Shown: in pieces, positions 56,870 to 64,000 of the stretch
Layout: each line of letters begins with the position of its first letter
How positions within the stretch are numbered: the first letter of the stretch is position 1
Virus record (IMG/VR): IMGVR_UViG_3300005965_000002
Location: 62,001 to 126,000 of that record
Length of the DNA stretch: 64,000 nt
Reading direction: 5' to 3' (one strand)
The notes under the pieces: generated by a model
Databases searched by the model: none
The model's input: only the letters and a program-made list of their open reading frames with translations
What the model was told of the DNA's origin: nothing
Made by a program: the position numbers and the translations under genes

Positions 56870-58087
56870 GTGACTGTAGTGTATCAGAAAGGATCTGTAA
56901 TGGCCAAAAATATATATAGTGAAAGTCAGGCAAGTCAGAACGATTTACGCTATTTACTAGGTCCCTGTGAAAATAAGGGTATAAAGATAGATCTTTCTGA
57001 TGCCAAAGCTAAAGCAAAAAATCTTTTGCTGAAGCATCCAGAGATTCTTCATGATGGTAGACATCTTTTTCGAAATGAAAATGGCACTACTATTGTACAG
57101 GAAATAGTACCCCGAGGAGACCAAGGCCTGCCCCGTGTTTTAAATCAAGGTGACTTAAATGATATGGATCTTAAAGGTTTGGCTGATTATGCAGCTAAAT
57201 TAGTTGATCCCTGTCTTCTCCGGTACGACAGGAGAGTTGCCCTGGAAGATGCTTTAAAGAAGGCAATTTGGGAAAAAGATTCTGGAATGTATCAAGGTAA
57301 AGTAAATACCAATACATTTTGTTTACTCATAGATTTAATGGGTAATAACACAAAGAATGCTAGCGGTGATACTGAAGAGGGTAATAAAGAGAAACCGGAT
57401 AAAGAACCTGAGGAAAAGAAGGTAGTACAGGTAACTGAGGTCACAAGGAAAATAATGACACCTGAGCAAGAAGCTGAGTTAAAGGGTGAAGGTACTGGTG
57501 ATACTAAAGGTGTACCAGAAAGTGACAAGATAAAGCATCGTAAGTTCCTGGAGAGAAAGGAAGAGGAAAAGAGTCAAGAAGAATCTGATAAACCTCGTCG
57601 TAAAAAAGATAAAACCAATCCTGAAAAGGAGAATAAGAAGATGGATAAAGCAGCAGCCTTAAAAAAGATCGAAGCCATGCAAAAAGCAATCGAGGAGATG
57701 AGGGGTGTACTTGCTTCTGATGATACAGAAGAAAGAACAGCATCCGAAGAAGTGAATGGTGTAGCTCCTATCATAGACTCTCTTGATAAGATCGCTGGTG
57801 AATTAGAAGAAACCGGTGACATTGAGCTCATGAAGGTAGCTTACGGTATTGACGTCGTTTCTGATGTCCTGGAAGGTAAGAAAGAAGCCAAAGTGCTTGA
57901 GCATGATCTTGATGAAAAGTTCATGAGAGAGTATTTCAAGGGTGGTGTGCGCGAAGGTGAAGCTGATGAAAAGAAATATATGAAGCAGTTTGATAATGAC
58001 GATTCCGCTGCTGTAGAAAACGTCAAAGATAAGAAGAGTAGAACTGCTTCCGAGAAGACTAAAAGACCGTACACCAGAATCGACTAA
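56870..58087 (+). CDS. Charged putative internal head protein
   Basis: Late-type motif upstream; KNAS and RTAS motifs; start may be MAKNI. Confidence 0.55.
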   Translation: MTVVYQKGSVMAKNIYSESQASQNDLRYLLGPCENKGIKIDLSDAKAKAKNLLLKHPEILHDGRHLFRNENGTTIVQEIVPRGDQGLPRVLNQGDLNDMDLKGLADYAAKLVDPCLLRYDRRVALEDALKKAIWEKDSGMYQGKVNTNTFCLLIDLMGNNTKNASGDTEEGNKEKPDKEPEEKKVVQVTEVTRKIMTPEQEAELKGEGTGDTKGVPESDKIKHRKFLERKEEEKSQEESDKPRRKKDKTNPEKENKKMDKAAALKKIEAMQKAIEEMRGVLASDDTEERTASEEVNGVAPIIDSLDKIAGELEETGDIELMKVAYGIDVVSDVLEGKKEAKVLEHDLDEKFMREYFKGGVREGEADEKKYMKQFDNDDSAAVENVKDKKSRTASEKTKRPYTRID

Positions 58088-58108
58088 GATTTAAGAAGGG
58101 AAGGTACC

Positions 58109-58681
58109 ATGCCTGGATTATTTCCAAATCCTTCCGCTGCTCCGGAGGTTTTTAACATCGGCGATCCTGTACGCTGGTACATAGATGAGAAGTCTGTATC
58201 ACCGTACGTAGGTAGAGTAGTCGCTGTTGAACCTGCTATCTATAAAGTTTGGGTAGAATGGCCCGTCGGTGGAAAAAGACAACATTCACCGGAAGAGCTT
58301 ATTTTGGTCCCTCCTCAGGACGGAAGACCTACGGTTGAAGGGGAATCAGGATACACAAACTATGGTATCCAGGAATCTTACGAAGATTTTGGTAAGCTGG
58401 AGAGTGAGAAGGCTAAGAAGTTAGCTAAGGATATCGTGTCTAAGGTGAAGAAGGATACGAACAAGAATACTAAGATACAGAAGATGGCTTCTAAAATAGC
58501 TGGTAAGTTTGCCTCCGATGTCGTAGATAAGATTTCTACTGATATCGTAGAGTGCAAAGATAAGGGTTTTAATGAAGTCTATACCTATCAGAATATATAC
58601 AAAAAATACTCCAATACTTGTTCTGATCATTTCATTAGGTACGCTATCGAGAAGATTTATAATGAATTAAATCAGGAGTAA
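58109..58681 (+). CDS. SH3-like hypothetical head protein
   Basis: FNIGDPVRW..GRVVAV..VWVEWP..PEEL. Confidence 0.55.
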   Translation: MPGLFPNPSAAPEVFNIGDPVRWYIDEKSVSPYVGRVVAVEPAIYKVWVEWPVGGKRQHSPEELILVPPQDGRPTVEGESGYTNYGIQESYEDFGKLESEKAKKLAKDIVSKVKKDTNKNTKIQKMASKIAGKFASDVVDKISTDIVECKDKGFNEVYTYQNIYKKYSNTCSDHFIRYAIEKIYNELNQE

Positions 58682-58684
58682 CCT

Positions 58685-60253
58685 ATGGCAATGCCTAAGT
58701 ATGGACACGCTGTTGTCGTAGGACACAGTATTGATCCTGGAAGATGGATAGATAAGAAGGTTGCTCCCGGAAGGGTAAAAGTAGCAAAAAGAGTCATAGC
58801 TGATTATGACCCGTCTAGGTGGTTGCTTAGCCATGCTACTATTATTGCGTCTGTTGACGTTGATCAGAAGGATCCAAGTGATCCGAAAAGTAATTATCTG
58901 ATTAAGCCCGAATACTCCGTATTTGTTAATAATAACGGAGACTCCTGGGAAAGAGGCCTTCTTAAAAATTGTTACCACACCTTTATAGGTGCCGATAACT
59001 ACGTCGAGCACGTTCAGATTCCCGAGCTCTCTAAGGGAAAAATTATCGATGCCGCTATACGTGAGGTGCCTTTCGCTAAAGATTCCGAGGGTAATGATTT
59101 AACAACTCTCTACGTTGATATTCTTGTAGCTACCAGTTTAAAGCATAAAGACCTTGTGCAGAAGATTAAGACTGGGGACTATAATGCAATGTCAATGGGC
59201 TGCCTTATAGAATATTCTCAGTGTAGTAAGTGTGGTAATATAGCCAAGGATGAGACACAAGCATGTAAGCATATCCTCTATTTTAAGAAAAATTTCTTCT
59301 ACGATGAGGGAGGAAATAAGAGGATCATAGCTGAGCTTTGTGGTAGATCTGAAGATCCTGATAGTTGTAAGTTCATAGAAGGTAGCTGGGTTAAGAAACC
59401 CGCCTTCGAAGGAGCTCTTCTTAGGAATATTGTTAATCCTTCAGAAGGTATGGGTGAAAAGTTACAAAATGCTATAGCGGTCCCTTCTGCCGTTCCCACT
59501 ATGACTGACTTTTCAAAAGCCGCATCGTTAACTGCTGGTAATTTAGTACGCCAGATACAGGCCCAGGAAGAGGGTGAAGCACCTGCAGAAGCGCCAAAGG
59601 ATGATGCTGGTTTTCCTGAAGCTCCCGAAGGAGAGGGTGCTCCGTTAGAGCTGGATAAGCCCGGAGAAGAAGCCACCCCGGATGCGGGAGGAGCTGGAGG
59701 TGGTTTAGGTGGTGTACCTGCAGAAGGTCCCGGTGCTGAGCCTGTCGCTCCAGTCCCTGAAGGAGATGCTACTGTTAAGGAAGTTAAGGATCTCCTAAAG
59801 AAACATGTTTTACAAGAAATACGTGATGAATTAATACAGAAGAACTATAATGTAGAACCAAGAAATTTAGATGTTAATCCGGGCCTGGAAAATGATATGA
59901 ATGAGTCTCTAGTTAAAGAGGCAACATTCAAGAGGGTAATGGCTTCTGCAAAGAAATTAGGTAATGATAGATTAACAAACGGATTATTTATACTTACAAA
60001 TTTGAGGGATTGGAAAAGCCTAAAAAGATATGGTTATAGTCGAGAAGATGTAATAGGAATGATGCACTATATAGATAAAGTTGCTTCTAAAGAACCGCTT
60101 GATACTGATGTTGTAAAGGCTCTGGTTTCTATAAAGGAATCATCGGATTTAACAGATTTTTTTACTGAAATTATTGTAGAAACAGGTAAAGAATTAACCG
60201 CTAGCCAGGCAAAAAAGTTAGCTGGTTGGCGAAAAATATTGAAAAAAATATAA
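58685..60253 (+). CDS. Prohead (maturation) protease with Zn finger and acidic linker
   Basis: NNNGD, VEH..GKIIDA, AMSMG, CSKC..CKH, E.SWV..PA; lies between portal and scaffold. Confidence 0.72.
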   Translation: MAMPKYGHAVVVGHSIDPGRWIDKKVAPGRVKVAKRVIADYDPSRWLLSHATIIASVDVDQKDPSDPKSNYLIKPEYSVFVNNNGDSWERGLLKNCYHTFIGADNYVEHVQIPELSKGKIIDAAIREVPFAKDSEGNDLTTLYVDILVATSLKHKDLVQKIKTGDYNAMSMGCLIEYSQCSKCGNIAKDETQACKHILYFKKNFFYDEGGNKRIIAELCGRSEDPDSCKFIEGSWVKKPAFEGALLRNIVNPSEGMGEKLQNAIAVPSAVPTMTDFSKAASLTAGNLVRQIQAQEEGEAPAEAPKDDAGFPEAPEGEGAPLELDKPGEEATPDAGGAGGGLGGVPAEGPGAEPVAPVPEGDATVKEVKDLLKKHVLQEIRDELIQKNYNVEPRNLDVNPGLENDMNESLVKEATFKRVMASAKKLGNDRLTNGLFILTNLRDWKSLKRYGYSREDVIGMMHYIDKVASKEPLDTDVVKALVSIKESSDLTDFFTEIIVETGKELTASQAKKLAGWRKILKKI

Positions 60254-60357
60254 AAATATTTAGATAATCCTAATTATCTATTAATATTATCAAATTTAAC
60301 GAATTGGAATATACGAAATTTTTTCTGATTTCTCAGCAATAAGTCAGGAGGATATGA

Positions 60358-61431
60358 ATGACTAGGAAAAGATTGACAGACAAAACCGCCGAGTGGCTGC
60401 AGTCTAAGCCGGGCCAGGTGGTAGAGGGCAAGGGATCCGGAATCGATAACGATCCGTATAATATGAATGACACGGGTCATGAGAAGAACGATCCTAAGAT
60501 GGATCAGTATGCAAGTGGAGATCCTTCTGCTTGGGGTGAAGATGTAAACAAGGACAAATGGTGGGATGGTGAGGAGTCTCGTAATGAGATGAATGTTGCT
60601 GAGATGGGTAAAGGTACTCCTAAGAATGCTGCACAGGCTATTAAGGCTGCTCGTCAGATGGAAGAGCGTGCTTACAAGTGCATCGTTGCTTCGCAGCGTA
60701 TCCTTCCTGGTGCTCCTGATAATATTATTGAAGCCCAGGCTATGGAACTCCTTAATCTCCCTGTAGCTGCTATCGATAACATGCTTGGTCGCCAGGAAAA
60801 GCTTGCTAAGATGATCGCTGAAGCTGCTGAGAAAGCTGCTGAGGATAGCGAAGAAGAAGAAGAGACTGCGGATCCTGCTGAGGAAACTGCGGATCCTGCT
60901 GAGGAAGAAGAAAAAGATAAGAAGAAGGATAAGAAGGATAAGAAGGATAAGAAGGACTGGCTTTCTGCTAAAAAAGCTGCCATCGCAGAATTGAAAGCAA
61001 AGCTTGCTGAAGAAGAAGCAAAGATCGATGATGCTGAAGAAGAAGCAAAGATCGATGATGATGAAGGCGAAGGAAACAATAAAAAGAGAGCCAAGGATAC
61101 TGAGACAGAACCTGGCCGTCAGCCTCAGGAAGAGGGTGACATAGAAGAAAAGCATAGCGAAGGAAAGAAATCTAAAGAAGAAAAGAAGCCTGCTGAAGAC
61201 ATGGGAGAAGTAGAAGCTAAAGGTAAAAGCTGCAAGTCTGCTTCTGATGAAATTGAGCTGACTGCTTCTTCTGACAACCTTCTCGATGATATCTTCTCAA
61301 GCGTTACTGCTTCTGATGAGAAGAAGGGTGCAAAGACTCTTTCTGGTATCGTGAAGAAAGAAGCTTCTGAGGGTTCAGATAATTTGTCAAATCTTTGGCG
61401 TACAGATCCGGACGTAAGTTCGAATTTCTAA
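60358..61431 (+). CDS. Putative scaffold protein
   Basis: Highly charged, low-complexity protein upstream of decoration and MCP genes. Confidence 0.6.
   Translation: MTRKRLTDKTAEWLQSKPGQVVEGKGSGIDNDPYNMNDTGHEKNDPKMDQYASGDPSAWGEDVNKDKWWDGEESRNEMNVAEMGKGTPKNAAQAIKAARQMEERAYKCIVASQRILPGAPDNIIEAQAMELLNLPVAAIDNMLGRQEKLAKMIAEAAEKAAEDSEEEEETADPAEETADPAEEEEKDKKKDKKDKKDKKDWLSAKKAAIAELKAKLAEEEAKIDDAEEEAKIDDDEGEGNNKKRAKDTETEPGRQPQEEGDIEEKHSEGKKSKEEKKPAEDMGEVEAKGKSCKSASDEIELTASSDNLLDDIFSSVTASDEKKGAKTLSGIVKKEASEGSDNLSNLWRTDPDVSSNF
60862..61062 (+). repeat. In-frame tandem repeats in scaffold
   Basis: 21-bp x2 (ETADPAE), 9-bp AAGAAGGAT x4 (KKD), 27-bp x2 (AEEEAKIDD). Confidence 0.85.
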
Positions 61432-61491
61432 ATCCGCTTCCAAGAAGTTGGAAGATTGGGTCCTTTTAATAAACACTTATGGAGGTAAACT

Positions 61492-62043
61492 ATGGCTATT
61501 GGAGAAGCCAGCGCAATCGTCCCTGATAAGGGTGTGAACATTCTTTATAGAGTTGTTCTTAACACTCTTGGTAATCTGACTGCTACCGGCCTGACTCAGG
61601 ATAACACAACCGGTAACGATCAGAAGACAGAAAATTCTCGTCTTGGAACTGATACTCCTAAGGGTATTCTCGGTGGTTCAGTTGTAGCCGTTAGCAGCAC
61701 TGCTGGTAGCGGATACATTGTGGCTGCTGACGGAAGCACTAACACGCCCGTCGGTATTGCTGAGAACAACGCCGTTGGTTATCCTTATGAGTCTTCAAGT
61801 GGTGTCGCATCCGGTAAGCTTCCTTACCTGTGCGGATCTGGTTCAGTCTTTTCGACTGATATCTATGAAACTCGTAACGCAGCTGACAGCGCTGACCTTA
61901 CATATGAGGCCGGTGATGAGCTGTATCCGTCTCAGAACGGTCTTCTGACCAACGAAGATGCTGGTGGTGGCGTCGTTGTTGGTGTGGTTCTGACCGCTCC
62001 GAGCACAAGCGATCCTTTCATGGTTGTCCAGCTTCGTATCTGA
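61492..62043 (+). CDS. Putative capsid decoration/cement protein
   Basis: G/S/T-rich; YEAGDELY..NGLLT..VGVV motif; directly before the MCP. Confidence 0.65.
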   Translation: MAIGEASAIVPDKGVNILYRVVLNTLGNLTATGLTQDNTTGNDQKTENSRLGTDTPKGILGGSVVAVSSTAGSGYIVAADGSTNTPVGIAENNAVGYPYESSSGVASGKLPYLCGSGSVFSTDIYETRNAADSADLTYEAGDELYPSQNGLLTNEDAGGGVVVGVVLTAPSTSDPFMVVQLRI

Positions 62044-62093
62044 TGAGGGCCATCGGAGTCGCGTTTTAACTAACACATAAATGGAGGTTTTTA

Positions 62094-62975
62094 ATGGAAC
62101 AACCTATTACCAATGAACTTAAACAAGAGATCATTGGGCAGTATCTGAAGACTGCTGCCGGTCGTCAGAAGCTGGCTGCCAGCATGATTCAGCCCCTGCG
62201 TCTGCGTCGTGACTACACCTCCGTGGCTCGTAAGGCCTTCTTGGTCGAACAGCTTCCGGATGGTGCTCTCCCGATCTATGACAAAGATCCCAATGTGACT
62301 GCTTTTGTGGTCGGAGAAGAAGGCGAGAACATTCTCGCTATTACACGTCCTCGCCGTGTAATTTTCCCTCTCTTCGAGATTGCATCTAACCCTGAGATCC
62401 CGTTGACACAGGTTAAAGAACGCCGTTTCGATCTTATCGAACGTAGCCAGGATCTTGCTAAAGCACAGATTCAGGCCGCTGAAGATGGTCGTGCATTTGA
62501 CGTTCTCGATGCCGTTGCTAGCAATGGTTTTGATAACCTCGGTAGCGCTTATACAAACGCTCCGGTCAACGCTACAGCTCCTCTGACACCTAGTGACATG
62601 ATTGATGCCTTCGCACGTATCGAAACTCATGACCTTCGTGTTGCTAGAGTTTTCTGTAACGCTCTGGACTTCGCTGACATCCGTAAGTGGGGTCGTGATG
62701 TTCTGGATATCGAAAGCCAGGCTACTCTTCTGCGTACCGGTCTGATGGCCTCTGTTTGGGGTGCTCAGATCATCGTTACCAGAAAGGTCGCCCCGGGTTA
62801 CATCTACGTTTGTGCAGAACCTGAGTTCCTAGGCCGTATACCGGTCAGAACAGAACTAACGGTTCTCTCAGCCGATGATCCGAAGGCTCGCCGTATAGGA
62901 TTCTCTGTCTTCGAGAACCTTGGGATAGGAGCACATAATCCGCTTGCAGTCACGCGGATTCGTATAGCTCGCTAA
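62094..62975 (+). CDS. Major capsid protein (compact HK97-type fold)
   Basis: Strong RBS and highly biased codons. E-loop LPDGALPIYD, spine helix AQIQAAED, WGAQIIVT..V.PG; strong terminator follows. Confidence 0.82.
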   Translation: MEQPITNELKQEIIGQYLKTAAGRQKLAASMIQPLRLRRDYTSVARKAFLVEQLPDGALPIYDKDPNVTAFVVGEEGENILAITRPRRVIFPLFEIASNPEIPLTQVKERRFDLIERSQDLAKAQIQAAEDGRAFDVLDAVASNGFDNLGSAYTNAPVNATAPLTPSDMIDAFARIETHDLRVARVFCNALDFADIRKWGRDVLDIESQATLLRTGLMASVWGAQIIVTRKVAPGYIYVCAEPEFLGRIPVRTELTVLSADDPKARRIGFSVFENLGIGAHNPLAVTRIRIAR

Positions 62976-62993
62976 GTAAATTCTTAGTAAAGT

Positions 62994-63030
62994 AAAAAAT
63001 CCCGGTATTTTTATATACCGGGATTTTTTT
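62994..63030 (+). terminator. Intrinsic terminator after MCP
   Basis: AAAAAATCCCGGTAT...ATACCGGGATTTTTTT. Confidence 0.9.
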
Positions 63031-63103
63031 ATGCCCACATACGACCCAAAAAAAGGTATTATTGGATATTGATAAATTTTTTGGCGATATATATATTGTT
63101 AAT

Positions 63104-64000
63104 ATGAATAAACTAGATGAAATCAGAGAGAAAATTAAGAATGGCTCTTCCTATGAGGAACTATCCAAGGAGTATCCTTTAACGATAAATGGATACAAGA
63201 AACTGGGAGGAGTAATAAAAAAGAAGAGAAAAGTAAATAGCCATTCGGTAGCTGCTGTATACGGGAAAAAGTTAAAGGACGGATTAAATACTATAGATAT
63301 AATAGTTCAAGATGAACAAAAAGGTAGAGAAAAGAAATTAAACAGATCTCATATTATAGGAACATTACTAGGAGACGCATCTATAATAGTCACCACAAAT
63401 AAATGCTACCGTAGAACTTTTTACTACACAGTGGCACATACATGGAGACAGATAGAATACACTAAACTTAACTATGAAAAATTAAAGCCATACGTATCCA
63501 GGGTTAATATATCGGAGCCTAGAGATTGTGACGGTTTTAAAGATCACTGTATTTATATAAATACGGAAAGTACATCTGATTTTTTAGAATATTACGATAT
63601 GTTTTATACCCATGGAAAAAGAGATTGTAATCCTAAGAAACATGTTTTTCGCAGCAATATAGCTACAGAAATAGATGTAGAAGTACTATCGTTTTGGTTA
63701 ATGGATGACGGTAATCAGAGGGGAAAAGCAAAAGGTGTATTTGAGTTGACCATAGGAATGCAGGATTTTTATACAGAGAGAGAAGTAAAATGCTTTGTTG
63801 ATATTCTAACAGATAAAATAGGTATACCTTTCTATTACAACTTTGGTTCTACTTCTATCGAGATATATAATAAAATAGAATCATCAGAAAAGGCTATTCA
63901 GTTATTATCTCCGTATATTATCCCTGACTTAAGTTACAAATTGGGTTTAGAACCTGACATGTGCGGTTCTGTTTATAGAGGTGAGATTTGGTATAAAAAC
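63104..64000 (+). mobile_element. Free-standing LAGLIDADG homing endonuclease, runs off the right edge
   Basis: Manual translation: MNKLDEIREK..IIGTLLGDASI..LSFWLMDDG; not in ORF track. Confidence 0.85.

Noticed and set aside
60862-61062. Tandem repeats as a CRISPR-like or regulatory array
   Set aside because: Unit lengths are multiples of three, there are no spacers, and they lie within a low-complexity coding region.
1-64000. Stop-codon reassignment (TAG or TGA)
   Set aside because: Conserved genes are full length in the standard code, and TAG/TGA end genes exactly at boundaries (holB, terL, nrdJ).

Overview
This 64 kb window looks like part of a large, AT-rich tailed dsDNA phage (jumbo-type), read in the standard genetic code. 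No rRNA, tRNA, CRISPR array or integrase is visible. From left to right it contains: (i) a minus-strand NAD+ biosynthesis pair, glutamine-dependent NadE (runs off the left edge, missing from the ORF track) and PncB, plus a nucleotidyltransferase; (ii) class II ribonucleotide reductase, dUTPase and an amidase; (iii) a minus-strand block with DnaJ, probable virion proteins, a CgeB-type glycosyltransferase, and recombination/replication genes (split Rad50, Mre11, beta clamp, RecA, RuvC, SSB, HU, RecD2); (iv) an AT-rich strand switch with palindromes, a 35-bp repeat and a structured ~350-nt non-coding segment; (v) a bacterial-type clamp loader (delta', delta, gamma), primase core, NusG-like protein, 5'-3' exonuclease and a sigma region-4 protein; (vi) the head module (terminase, portal, prohead protease, scaffold, decoration, major capsid) followed by a free-standing LAGLIDADG endonuclease. 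Five inteins are present, two in unusual hosts (NadE and portal). The most notable observations are three nucleotide/NAD-handling folds that have lost their catalytic residues (Tpt1/KptA-like, nicotinamidase-like, dCMP-deaminase-like), a deamidated-route NAD+ module, a recurrent [KR]-x-A-[SA] motif in head proteins, and two recurring promoter-like motifs. All assignments come from motif recognition by eye; no searches were run.
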